Part shown: positions 38,646-48,800 of the stretch, in pieces | Position numbering within the stretch: position 1 is the first letter of the stretch | Layout of the letters: each line of letters opens with the position of its first letter | Program-made: the position numbers and the translations under genes | Notes under the pieces: generated by a model | Seen by the model: only the letters and a program-made list of their open reading frames with translations | Databases searched by the model: none | Told to the model about the DNA's origin: nothing | Source: an uncultured Candidatus Saccharibacteria bacterium | GTDB taxonomy: Bacteria; Patescibacteriota; JABMPQ01; JAQVVF01 | Length of the DNA stretch: 64,000 bases | Assembly (NCBI GenBank): GCA_964574655.1 | Contig: CAZNOH010000002.1 | Span: 172,596-236,595 of the forward strand | Direction: 5' to 3'

Positions 38646-39234
38646 AAAAGCAAAAATTAAAGACATTATAAAAATTCCTAACATTTTAACTTGTATTAGG
38701 ATTGGAATCTCTTTAACAATAATCACCTTATTTTTTACTGACAATCATATTTGGCTTGTAAAATGGCTTTTTGTTGTTGGCATTTTGACTGATACCTTAG
38801 ATGGCAATATAGCGCGACTTTTTAATCAAAAAACAAGATTAGGAGTTATGTTAGAACCAATTGCTGATACCTTGCTAGTTGCAGGAACAGTATTGTTCGT
38901 TACTTTTAGGCTTGATCTGCCCAAGCTAATCTTTATGATTTACGTTGCTGTAGTATTTGTTGGATTTTTAGGAATTGTACTAGTTTATTTAATCAGAAGA
39001 GAATGGTTTGCCAATAAATTAGTTGTTTCAGAGATTGCTATTGTTTTTGTTTATGCAACTGGTATTTTCTATCTTTTTGGCTTTCCGTTCAAAAATTATT
39101 TAGCTTTATTTACTATCGGTTTTGGCATTGCCGCCTTGATTGATTTGATAATCAAGCTCAAAAAATTTAAAGGCCGTGCAAAATTCAAGTTAGAAAAACT
39201 TCAGAACAGCAAAGATTTCAAAATGTTAGACTAA
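38629..39234 (+). CDS. CDP-alcohol phosphatidyltransferase family protein (tandem paralog)
   Basis: 'DTLDGNIARLFNQKTRLGVMLEPIAD', a motif variant with Glu at the third acidic position. Confidence 0.7.
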   Translation: MQRKNEKAKIKDIIKIPNILTCIRIGISLTIITLFFTDNHIWLVKWLFVVGILTDTLDGNIARLFNQKTRLGVMLEPIADTLLVAGTVLFVTFRLDLPKLIFMIYVAVVFVGFLGIVLVYLIRREWFANKLVVSEIAIVFVYATGIFYLFGFPFKNYLALFTIGFGIAALIDLIIKLKKFKGRAKFKLEKLQNSKDFKMLD

Positions 39235-39238
39235 TGTC

Positions 39239-40336
39239 ATGCAAAAATCTCCTAACAAAATAATCTTACTTGGCACGCTATTAATTATTCTAGCAATTAT
39301 TGGAATTATTTTTTTTACCAAAAGCAACAAAAAATCTGTTGCTGAAGATGGAATAATAATTGACCTAACCTCATCAAAAAAAGACCAAAAACAAAGTGAA
39401 AAAAAAGTAGAAGAAAATCCAGAAATCAATTTGACAGCAGTTGGCGATATTATTCTGTCTAGAACTGTCGGTGTAAAAATAAAAGAATCTGGCGATAATT
39501 CTTTGCCATTTCGAAAAGTTAGCAATATTTTATCGCAAGGTGATATTACTTTTGGAAATTTGGAAGCGCCATTTTATAATCAAGGCGAATTAATTAAAGA
39601 AGGCATGACATTTAAAGCCGAGCCAGAATTTATAGAAGGCATTAAGTTAGCAGGCTTTGATGTTATGTCATTAGCTAATAATCATACCAAAAATCAAGGG
39701 TCAGAAGGTTTATTATTTACTTTTAATTTATTAAATCAAAATAATATCAAGTTTTGCGGCGCCGGCAAAAATTTTCAAGAAGCTCATCAGCCTGCTATTT
39801 TAGAAAGCAAAGGCAAAAAGTTCGCATTCTTAGCCTACACTTATTCTGATGGCATTGACTTTGAAACTCACTTGGGCGAGAATGAACCAGACGTTGCTTT
39901 TTGGGATGCTAATCAGGCAAAAATTGATATTGCCCAAGCAAAAACTCAGGCGGATTCGGTTATAGTTTATATGCATGCTGGACAAGAATATTCTCCCAAG
40001 CCAATTCAAGATCAAATCAATTTTGCTCACTCAGCAATTGATAATGGCGCAGATTTAGTTCTCGGGTCTCATCCGCATTGGGTTGAAACAACCGAAAAAT
40101 ATAAAGATAAATATATAATTTATTCAATGGGTAATTTTGTTTTTGATCAAGAATGGTCGCAGGAAACCAAAGAAGGAGTTATCGTAAAATTAAAATATAA
40201 AGATAACAGATTTAGCCAAGCCGAATTTATTCCAGTTATTATAGAAAATTTTAATCAGCCAAGAGTAGCTAATGATGCAGAAAAAAATAAAATATTTAAT
40301 CAGATGGAACTAAAAAGTTCAGTTGTCAATTTCTAG
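39239..40336 (+). CDS. capA: CapA/PGA_cap family metallophosphatase-like protein (poly-gamma-glutamate/capsule synthesis type)
   Basis: N-terminal TM, 'LTAVGDIILSR', 'ANNHTKNQG', 'MHAGQEYS...GSHPHW' motifs. Confidence 0.75.
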   Translation: MQKSPNKIILLGTLLIILAIIGIIFFTKSNKKSVAEDGIIIDLTSSKKDQKQSEKKVEENPEINLTAVGDIILSRTVGVKIKESGDNSLPFRKVSNILSQGDITFGNLEAPFYNQGELIKEGMTFKAEPEFIEGIKLAGFDVMSLANNHTKNQGSEGLLFTFNLLNQNNIKFCGAGKNFQEAHQPAILESKGKKFAFLAYTYSDGIDFETHLGENEPDVAFWDANQAKIDIAQAKTQADSVIVYMHAGQEYSPKPIQDQINFAHSAIDNGADLVLGSHPHWVETTEKYKDKYIIYSMGNFVFDQEWSQETKEGVIVKLKYKDNRFSQAEFIPVIIENFNQPRVANDAEKNKIFNQMELKSSVVNF

Positions 40337-40343
40337 ATAAATA

Positions 40344-40372
40344 AAAAAATCATCGTGTCGATGATTTATAAA
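40344..40372. terminator. Bidirectional terminator between convergent genes
   Basis: 'aaaaaaatcatcgtgtcgatgatttataaaa'. Confidence 0.6.
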
Positions 40373-40925
40373 AAGGTTCAAAAAGATCAGGATATTTCAG
40401 TAAAATGAAAAGAGTATCAGGATCACCGTAATCAACCATTCTTAAGCATCTTGTTTGATCATAACAGAAATTAGAAAGATCAGAAAAATGATGAGTTATT
40501 GTGCTCGTTATTGGAACATTGTCTGCTCCAAGCTTGCTTTTCAAGCGTTTCCAAAGATCATCGTAAAGACTTCTATCATCTATTTTACAAGGAAAGCCTC
40601 TTCGTTGAATATTTACTACACCAATGGAAAAATAAGTTGGCATCATATTTTCTTTTCTAAATCGCAGATAATACCAAAATTCCCGGCAATTAATAATTAA
40701 ACCATTAAAAAGATAATATCTTGCACCATCTTTAATAGATAAAGGATCATTCAAAAACCCTTTTAATGTATTACAAAAAGCTTTAAATTTATATATACCA
40801 GAAATCAAAAGTTGCAATTGAGATTTTATTTCTCGAAACACAAAATCTATTCTGATAAAAGCAATTTTGAATGCGAAAGGTCCAACCAGTATTACAATTC
40901 GCCAGCTGCCTCTCTTTATCTTCAT
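40350..40925 (-). CDS. Hypothetical protein (191 aa), divergent from the por operon
   Basis: ORF with SD 'aggagg' upstream. No family recognised. Confidence 0.45.
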   Translation of the reverse strand: MKIKRGSWRIVILVGPFAFKIAFIRIDFVFREIKSQLQLLISGIYKFKAFCNTLKGFLNDPLSIKDGARYYLFNGLIINCREFWYYLRFRKENMMPTYFSIGVVNIQRRGFPCKIDDRSLYDDLWKRLKSKLGADNVPITSTITHHFSDLSNFCYDQTRCLRMVDYGDPDTLFILLKYPDLFEPFYKSSTR

Positions 40926-40997
40926 ATCTCTCCTCCTTCAAATTGTAGGGTGCGAATCACTCAAATCTATCAAAATTTAATCTTAAAGTCAATTCTC

Positions 40998-41576
40998 ATG
41001 CAAAATATTTTCGAAATTAGAATTCACGCTCGAGCTCAACAAGGCGCCAACACCATTGCTCATTTTTTTGCTGAAAGCATTATTAATTCTGGCAAGTATG
41101 CTCAAGCTTTTCCATACTTCGGGCCAGAAAGATCAGGCTCTCCGTTAGCTGCATTCATCAGAATTTCTGATGAGCCGATCAGAATTTATTCTCAGGTTTA
41201 CAATCCAAATATTTCAGTTGTTATCGACCAAACTTTATTAAGCACAGAAAATGTCGCCAAAAATTTTACAGAAAAACAAATGGTTTTAGTTAATTCTTCT
41301 AAATCAAGCGATGATATCCGTGAGATTCTAAAGAGCGATGCAAAATTTTATTCAATTGATGCAAATGTTATTTCAAAAGAAATCTTTGGCAAAACAATCC
41401 CAAATACTATTTTGCTTGGTGCGTTGATTAAAGTTTTAGAAATTAATAATCAAAAGTTTATCAGTTTAGATAATATAATTGAAACAATCAACAAAGAATT
41501 TCCAGCCAGATATGGACAAGAGATGACAGAAAAAAACTTGCAGGCAGTAAAAGCTGGTTATGATGGAATAAAATAA
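40998..41576 (+). CDS. porG: 2-oxoacid:ferredoxin oxidoreductase gamma subunit
   Basis: 'IRIHARAQQGANTIAHFFAESIINSGKYAQAFPYFGPERSG' typical of POR/KOR gamma. ORF-track start at 40812 is an upstream extension. Confidence 0.8.
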   Translation: MQNIFEIRIHARAQQGANTIAHFFAESIINSGKYAQAFPYFGPERSGSPLAAFIRISDEPIRIYSQVYNPNISVVIDQTLLSTENVAKNFTEKQMVLVNSSKSSDDIREILKSDAKFYSIDANVISKEIFGKTIPNTILLGALIKVLEINNQKFISLDNIIETINKEFPARYGQEMTEKNLQAVKAGYDGIK

Positions 41577-41593
41577 TTTAAAATTATAAATTT

Positions 41594-41854
41594 ATGTCAG
41601 ATTTACATATTGGTGCCAAAATAATTACGCCGGGATCATCAAAAGAAAACAAGACTGGTTCATGGAAATTGCAAGTTCCAATCGTTGACAAAAAAAAGTG
41701 CGTTAATTGTTTGACTTGCGTTCAATATTGTCCAGAAAATTGCATCAAAGCAAAAGATGATAAATTAGATTATATTGATTTGAATTATTGCAAAGGTTGT
41801 GGAATTTGTGCTCATGAATGTCCGAGCAAAGCAATAACAATGAAGCAACAATAA
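41594..41854 (+). CDS. porD: 2-oxoacid:ferredoxin oxidoreductase delta subunit (2x[4Fe-4S] ferredoxin)
   Basis: Two CxxCxxCxxxCP motifs. Confidence 0.85.
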   Translation: MSDLHIGAKIITPGSSKENKTGSWKLQVPIVDKKKCVNCLTCVQYCPENCIKAKDDKLDYIDLNYCKGCGICAHECPSKAITMKQQ

Positions 41855-41864
41855 AAATTAATTT

Positions 41865-43028
41865 ATGAATAACCAAAAATTTAAAGCAATTACAGGTTCT
41901 CAAACTGCCGTTGAATCAATGCGCCAAATTAATCCTGACGTTGTTTCAATTTATCCAATTTGTCCGCAGACATTTATCATCGAATTTTTTTCCAAACTCG
42001 TTGCTGATGGCAAAGTTAACACAAAAGTGATCTACGCTGAATCCGAACATTCAGTCATGTCTGCTTGCGTCGGCGCATCTGCCTCTGGAGCAAGAACTAT
42101 AACTTCAACTGCATCATTAGGCTTAGCTTTAATGTGGGAAGTCTTGGGAGTGGCATCCGGTTTTCGTTTGCCAATTGTTATGCATTTGGTCATGCGCGCT
42201 TTGTCTGCTCCAATTAACATCCATAGTGATCATTCAGATGCTATGGGAGCAAGAGATACTGGCTGGATCCAATTATTTTGTGGCAATAATCAAGAAGTTT
42301 ATGATTTTTCGATCATTGCTCAAAGATTAGCTGAAAAATTATTCTTGCCAATAATGGTTTGCCAGGATGGTTTTACAACTTCTCATAGCGTTGAAAAAAC
42401 TTTTATTTTGGAAGATAATGACGTCAAAAATTTTGTCGGTGAATTCAAACCAGATCGCCCGCTTTTAGATGTCGCAAATCCGACAACTTATGGTCCGTTG
42501 TCATTGCCAAATACTTTCACTGAAATAAAAAAACAGCAATTTGAAGTTTATAAAAAAGTTGGACAGGAATTTTTAGAGATCGGTTCAGAATTATCAAAAT
42601 TAACTAATCGAAAATATAATTTAATTGAAGAATATAAAACAGAGGACGCCGACACAATTATAATTTTACTTGCTTCAACTGCATCAACCGCCAAAGTTGT
42701 TGTTGACGAATTAAGAGAACAAGGCCAAAAAGTTGGTCTTGTCAGGCCAATAATGTTTCGTCCATTTCCTTATCAAGAAATTGCTAGCAGTTTAGCAAAT
42801 GCAAAAAAAATTGCAGTCTTGGATCGATCGATCGCTTTTGGTGCCATGCCTCCATTATATTCCGATGTCATGATATCTTTAAGTTTTACAAAATTAAAAC
42901 CGCAGGTAGCATCATATATTTACGGTTTAGGCGGACATGATACAGTAATAAATGATATAAAAAAAGTTTTTCAAGATTTACAAGAAAATAAATTTTTGCC
43001 AACATCTCAGTTTTTATATGAAAAATAA
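41865..43028 (+). CDS. porA: 2-oxoacid:ferredoxin oxidoreductase alpha subunit
   Basis: 387 aa with POR_N and transketolase-C-like domains. Confidence 0.8.
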   Translation: MNNQKFKAITGSQTAVESMRQINPDVVSIYPICPQTFIIEFFSKLVADGKVNTKVIYAESEHSVMSACVGASASGARTITSTASLGLALMWEVLGVASGFRLPIVMHLVMRALSAPINIHSDHSDAMGARDTGWIQLFCGNNQEVYDFSIIAQRLAEKLFLPIMVCQDGFTTSHSVEKTFILEDNDVKNFVGEFKPDRPLLDVANPTTYGPLSLPNTFTEIKKQQFEVYKKVGQEFLEIGSELSKLTNRKYNLIEEYKTEDADTIIILLASTASTAKVVVDELREQGQKVGLVRPIMFRPFPYQEIASSLANAKKIAVLDRSIAFGAMPPLYSDVMISLSFTKLKPQVASYIYGLGGHDTVINDIKKVFQDLQENKFLPTSQFLYEK

Positions 43029-43767
43029 TTTCCAAGAACCGCCATTAATCATTGCCCACAGAGGAGCATCATCTTACGCTTTTGAAAATACGCTAGATTC
43101 ATTCAGAAAAGCTTGTGCTTTTGGCGCGGACATGATTGAGCTAGATATCAGAGTTACAAAAGACAATGAACTCATAGTTTTTCATGATTCAGCAATTGAT
43201 CGCATGACTGATGGCTCTGGACTAGTCCAATATTTTACCTTAGCTGATCTAAAAAAAATAAAAATCCATGGAGAAGCAATTCCAACATTGGAAGAAGTTA
43301 TTAAAATTACACTTGGCAAAACAAATTACAATTTTGAAGTAAAAAATATTCCTTTAGAATGCATTGATAAATTAATCGCGCTCTTAGATAAATATGATCT
43401 ACGTTACAAAGTAATTATTTCATCATTCAACAGAAAAATAATTTTAAGAGTTAGAGAAATTGATCGACAGATCAAAATTGCCTTGCTTTGCTGGCAATTA
43501 CGCAAAAACAATCTCAAATTTTTGCAAAAAAATGATCTAAATTACGTCCATCCATATTATGGATTTTTAACCAGAAAGAAAATAAAACAAGTCCATGATT
43601 TAGGAATTAAAATTAATACATGGACTGTTAATTGGTCTCTTGATCTAAAATGGGTGATGGAATTAGGAGTTAATGGAATAATTACCAATCGGCCAGATAT
43701 GGCAAAGGCAGTGTTAGGGAAGTTAAATCGTGAGAAGACAACTGTTATAAAAAACTCTAAATCCTAA
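43018..43767 (+). CDS. Glycerophosphodiester phosphodiesterase (GDPD family)
   Basis: 'IIAHRGASSYAFENTLDSF...MIELDIRVTKDNELIVFHD' GDPD catalytic motifs. Overlaps the porA stop by 11 bp. Confidence 0.85.
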   Translation: MKNNFQEPPLIIAHRGASSYAFENTLDSFRKACAFGADMIELDIRVTKDNELIVFHDSAIDRMTDGSGLVQYFTLADLKKIKIHGEAIPTLEEVIKITLGKTNYNFEVKNIPLECIDKLIALLDKYDLRYKVIISSFNRKIILRVREIDRQIKIALLCWQLRKNNLKFLQKNDLNYVHPYYGFLTRKKIKQVHDLGIKINTWTVNWSLDLKWVMELGVNGIITNRPDMAKAVLGKLNREKTTVIKNSKS

Positions 43768-43867
43768 ATTCTAAATAAATTTAAAATCAAAATGATCAAA
43801 ATTAAAAATCGACATCAAATTTTAATTTTTGTATTTTACCATTTGAATTTATTTAGGATTTAGAGTT
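43753..43867. repeat. AT-rich long inverted repeat (17-bp perfect core AACTCTAAATCCTAAAT / ATTTAGGATTTAGAGTT, arms extend to ~27 bp)
   Basis: Perfect reverse-complement arms about 80 bp apart, in the GDPD-porB spacer. Confidence 0.7.
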
Positions 43868-43888
43868 TAGAATTTTTATTAAACCATT

Positions 43889-44836
43889 ATGATTACTTTA
43901 AAAGAAATTTGCAAGAAACCGAACCCATTAGAATCCGGCCACGGCACCTGCCGCGGCTGTACTGCAATCCCGCAAATAATTAGGACAATTTTGAAAGCAT
44001 CAGACAAGCCAGCTATCGTTGCCAATGCCACAGGCTGTATGGAAGTAACAACCACAATTTATCCGACAACTTCTTGGAATGTGCCATGGATTCATTCAAC
44101 TTTTGAAGCAGTTGGAGCTTTGATTTCTGGAGTTGAAACAGCCCACAGAGCCTTGTTAAACAAAACAATACATGATGCATCAGGCAAAGAATTTAGAGTT
44201 GAAGATTGCAATTTTATTGCTTTTGCAGGGGACGGAGGATCTTATGATATTGGGTTGCAAGCCTTATCTGGAATGTTAGAAAGAGGGCACAACTGTCTTT
44301 TTGTTTGCTATGACAATGAAGCTTATATGAATACTGGCGTACAACGTTCAAGTGCTACTCCTTTTGGGGCTACAACTTCAACAACTCCAGATGGCAAAGA
44401 ACATCATGGCAAGGAAGAAAAAAGAAAAAATTTAACTAAAATTGCAATAGCTCATGACATTCCATACGTTGCTCAAGCAGCAGTTTCTCATTGGCAGGAT
44501 TTGTATGAAAAAGCAAGCAAGGCCTTCAAAATTAAAGGTCCAAAATTTATCAATGTTTTAGCGCCTTGTACTTTAGGTTGGGGATTTAAAGAAAATTTAG
44601 GAATAGAAATTTCTCGTCTCGGTGTTGAAACAAATTTCTGGCCTCTTTATGAAGTTGAAAATGGCCAATACAAAATTAATTATAAGTCAGAACAAAGAAA
44701 GCCAATTGAGGAATTCTTAAAACCGCAAAAAAGATTCGCCCATTTATTTGAAGAGAATAACAAGCACATAATTTCTGTCATGCAAAAAAATATTGATGAA
44801 GAATGGGAAAGACTAACTAAAAATATAAAAAACTAA
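43889..44836 (+). CDS. porB: 2-oxoacid:ferredoxin oxidoreductase beta subunit (TPP-binding)
   Basis: 'GHGTCRGCTAIPQI' and the TPP-binding fold motif 'GDGGSYDIG'. Confidence 0.85.
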   Translation: MITLKEICKKPNPLESGHGTCRGCTAIPQIIRTILKASDKPAIVANATGCMEVTTTIYPTTSWNVPWIHSTFEAVGALISGVETAHRALLNKTIHDASGKEFRVEDCNFIAFAGDGGSYDIGLQALSGMLERGHNCLFVCYDNEAYMNTGVQRSSATPFGATTSTTPDGKEHHGKEEKRKNLTKIAIAHDIPYVAQAAVSHWQDLYEKASKAFKIKGPKFINVLAPCTLGWGFKENLGIEISRLGVETNFWPLYEVENGQYKINYKSEQRKPIEEFLKPQKRFAHLFEENNKHIISVMQKNIDEEWERLTKNIKN

Positions 44837-44842
44837 AAAAAT

Positions 44843-44947
44843 TTGTCATCCTAAGCCGAAGCGAAGGATTCCGTTATCTATTGGAATAATCACGGGATTC
44901 TTCACTGGTTAAATTTATTGGCACCAATAAATTTAACCAGAATGACA
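44843..44947. repeat. Palindromic MITE/REP-like element, copy 3 (with a nested internal palindrome)
   Basis: 'ttgtcatcctaagccgaagcgaaggattccg...cgggattcttcactgg-[ttaaatttattggcaccaataaatttaa]-ccagaatgacaa'. Confidence 0.7.
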
Positions 44948-44983
44948 ATCCATTTTTATGCTTTCAAGTTTTAAATTATATTT

Positions 44984-45625
44984 ATGCAAAATAAAACAAA
45001 CAATTCAGAACCAACACGTAAACACAACACCACGTTAATCATTAGTTTAAGTATCTTTGTGGGTCTTTTAATTTTTATTTTAATTATTTCGAGTGCCGGG
45101 TTCTTATTTATCAAATATATAAATCAGCAAAAATCTAATACTCCATCTAATGTCAAGAAATGGCAAGAAACATTAAATGGCTTGGTAGAAGAGCCAATTG
45201 TTACCGTTCCTTCCGAAGAGCAAGATAAGAGAAAACAAAATGTTGGAAAAATCGGTCAGACCATTTCTAATGAAATTTTAGATTTACAGATTAGTTCATT
45301 AGAAAAAATTAATTTAAAATCTAGCCAGCCAGCAAAAGATAATGAATTTTACAAAGTCGATTTTTCAATTAAAAACAATACCGACCAAGATCAAGTAATT
45401 TCTCTTCTTGATTTTTCATTGCTTGATCCAAGCGATGGCGAATTCTCTTTAGTCATTCCATCAAAAAATGAAGCTTCTGATTTGCTTGAACAGGAAACAA
45501 ACTTAAAAGCCGGAGAAAAAGTCACTAAAAATTTAATTTTTGAGATAAAGCAAAATGTCAAAAAAGCTGATTTTGTGTTTGACGATGATATTGATACTAA
45601 AATTATAATAAAATTAGAAAAATAG
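44984..45625 (+). CDS. Membrane-anchored DUF4352-like protein (Ig-like fold)
   Basis: N-terminal TM. 'KVDFSIKNNTDQDQVISLLDFSLLDPSDGEF' resembles DUF4352. Confidence 0.45.
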   Translation: MQNKTNNSEPTRKHNTTLIISLSIFVGLLIFILIISSAGFLFIKYINQQKSNTPSNVKKWQETLNGLVEEPIVTVPSEEQDKRKQNVGKIGQTISNEILDLQISSLEKINLKSSQPAKDNEFYKVDFSIKNNTDQDQVISLLDFSLLDPSDGEFSLVIPSKNEASDLLEQETNLKAGEKVTKNLIFEIKQNVKKADFVFDDDIDTKIIIKLEK

Positions 45626-45823
45626 ATTTTAAACAAAATCATTTGACAAATTTTAATTATAAGAATAACATTAAAGTATCAAAGATAATTTTACTCTTGT
45701 TTCTGAGAGTAAAGACATACTTTCAGTAATGAGCGCATAAATTCCCCACAAGGGAATTTTTTGTTAGCACCTTACAACTAGCCCCCCTTCTGAGAAGGGG
45801 ACCAACAAGCGCAGGAGGAAGAG

Positions 45824-48800
45824 ATGGCCAAACGACGTAGATTGAAACTTTTAGTGTCAACCGTTTTAGCAAGTTTTAGCTTAATTTTTTGCAGTTTATC
45901 CTTCGGTCAATCAATCATTCGCAATGGCGGTTTTGAAAATGGCATGAACTCTTGGTTGAATGAAAACGACTTAAATGTCGCTCAATTTAGCACGGATTGT
46001 CAGCAAGCCTTTTCCGGCAATTGTTCAGCAAGAGTTGATGTTTCTAACGCAGTCAATGTCCACCAAGTTCAACTCAAACAGAATTTTGCAGTTCAGCAAA
46101 ATGTTGCTTACGCGCTTGTCTTTTCTGCCAAAGCTTCACGCAATCGCACTATTGAAGTTGAAGCCAATCAAGACCACGATCCCTGGAATCAAGTCAGTTT
46201 TTACAACGTAATCAATCTGACCACTTCCTGGCAAACTTTCCATTATAACTTTTTTGGCGCACTTAATGACAATCTCTACAAGCTGACTTTTCATGTTGGC
46301 AACGATGTTTCAACAGTTTGGGTTGATGATGTTTCCATCACTCAGCAAATTCTGCCATTACCAGACGGCAGTCTAGTTTTCAATCGTGATTTTGAAGAAG
46401 GTACTCTTGACTTCTGGAATACTGAAAACTATGTCCAGGCCGGCCGATTCTCCAAGGATTGCGCTGTCGCAGCTTCGGGTAGATGTTCTGCCAAGATAGA
46501 AGTTCTCAGCGTCACAGATTGCTGGCAGGTTCAACTCAAGCAAGCTTTCCCCCTGGAACTGCAGCGTCGCTACCGTATCTCTTTTTCCGCCAAAAGCACA
46601 GCTAACAGAGTCATTACACTCGATGTGCACCGTGATTATAGTCCTTGGGGAAATAGCCAAATTTATCAGCAAGTCAATATTACTTCGCAATGGCAATCAT
46701 TTGAGTATACTTTTACAGGACAGGTGAATGATAGTCGCTATCGCGCTGCTTTCCATGTCGGCAATAATCTTAATACTGTCTGGATTGATAATGTTTTTCT
46801 TCGCTATGACATTGTCCAACCACCACCCAACCAAGCGCCAACAGTCTCGATTACTTCTGGACCAAATGGTAACATCAATCAGAACTCAGCCACTTTCACT
46901 TTTAGCGGTACAGACGCTGATGGTCAAATCGCTGGCTATTACTACGGTTTAGACAATGCCAATCCTAACACATTCACCAATGCCAACAGTTTTACTTGGA
47001 GCAATCTTTCCGCAGGTCAACACACTTTCTACATCAAATCTGTTGATAACAGCAATGCTTTTTCTGCAATTGTCAATCGGACTTTCACTTACGTAATTCC
47101 GCCACCGCCTAACCAAGTACCAACAGTTTCGATCACTTCCGGACCAAATGGCGTTATAAATCAGAATTCAGCCACATTTACTTTTAACGGAATTGATTCT
47201 GATGGCCTTGTCACCGGTTATTATTATGGACTTGATCTTCCCAACCCCAACACTTTTACCGTCAATAATCAGTTCATTTGGAGCAATCTTATCGCCGGTC
47301 AACATACCTTCTATGTTCTAGCACAAGATGATGACGGAGCCTCTTCAGCGATTGTCAGTCGGACTTTCACTTACATTGTCCAACCGCCGCCCAACCAAGC
47401 GCCAACAGTTTTGATTACTTCCGGACCAATGGATATTATCAACCATAATTCTGCCACTTTCATTTTTGAGGGATGGGATCCGGATGGAATAATTGTTGGA
47501 TTTTACTATGATTTGGATAATCCCAATCCGTCTAACTGGAATACAACAGGCAGTGTTGGTTTTTCCAATCTTTCGATTGGCCAGCACATTTTTTATGTCA
47601 AAGCTGTTGATGACGGAAACGCTTTTTCAGCAATTGTTTCTTTAGTCTTCTCTTATCAAGCGCAAGCTCCGCCTCCACCAGATCGTCCAGTTGTCAACAT
47701 GTTGCGCAATCCTAGCTTTGAAGTTAACGGCGGTCTTGAATCTTGGTTGTCAGAAAATCATCAGAATACAGCTCAATTCTTTAGAGATTGCAATAATGTC
47801 GCCAGTCATGGTAGCTGTTCAGCGAGAATTGAAAATTCACGCATTGTTGAAGTTTATAATGTTCAGCTCAAGCAGATTATTCCGATGGAACAGCGAGAAT
47901 ATAAAGGATCGTTTTCGGCAAAGAGTTCCAGTAATCGCCCTATTACTTTAGACATTCATCGTGACTATAGTCCTTGGGGTGACAGTCAGATTTACCAGCA
48001 ATATAATCTGACCACGCAATGGCAAACTTTTGAATTCTCTTTCACTGGAAGGCTTACCGATGATCATTTCCGAATTACTTTTCACATCGGTGACAACACT
48101 CCCGCAGTCTGGCTTGATAATATTGTCTTAGGCTATCGTAATGGCGATGCTCCAAATAGGCCAGTCAATCAACCTCCTCAGGCCAATATTCTTTCCGGTC
48201 CTTCTGGAACAATAAATCAGAACTTTGCCAACTTCACTTTTTCTGGCTCTGATCCTGATGGCCAAGTTATCTACTATATGATCGGCCTCGACGATCCTCT
48301 TAATTTGAATATTTACAATAATTCTGGCATGTACACTTGGGGAAATCTAGGCACAGGTGAAAGAACTTTCTTTATCAAAGCTTATGATGATTTGGGTGAC
48401 GCTTCTCCGCTTGTTTATAGAACTTTCATTTATCAAATACATCAAGATCCACAAGCTCAGAATCCGCTTGCTCAAGATCCACCAGCTCAAAATAATCCGC
48501 CACAACCAGTTATTGAAGAAGATGATACTGTGGCTGTTGTTAGCACTGGCACATTGCGAATAGCTTCTGCAAACGATAACGACAATAATGCTATTTATGC
48601 AATTGCCTTAGTTATACCAAATCGCAATCCTATTCCCAAAGCTTACTTTGAAAGATACGCCTCGGCCAATAATCCGATAGTCGGTAATGTTAGCCGTGAA
48701 AATCATTTTCCTGAAGGATTCTATTATGTCACCACGCAAAATGGCTGGGTACTGGCATCCTATGATACTTCCAAAGCGCCACACAGCATTGGCAGCGGAC

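Noticed and set aside
22055-44947. Possibility that the palindromic repeats are a CRISPR array
   Set aside because: The copies are 2-20 kb apart and each is an inverted (not direct) repeat. There are no regularly spaced spacers and no cas genes in the window.
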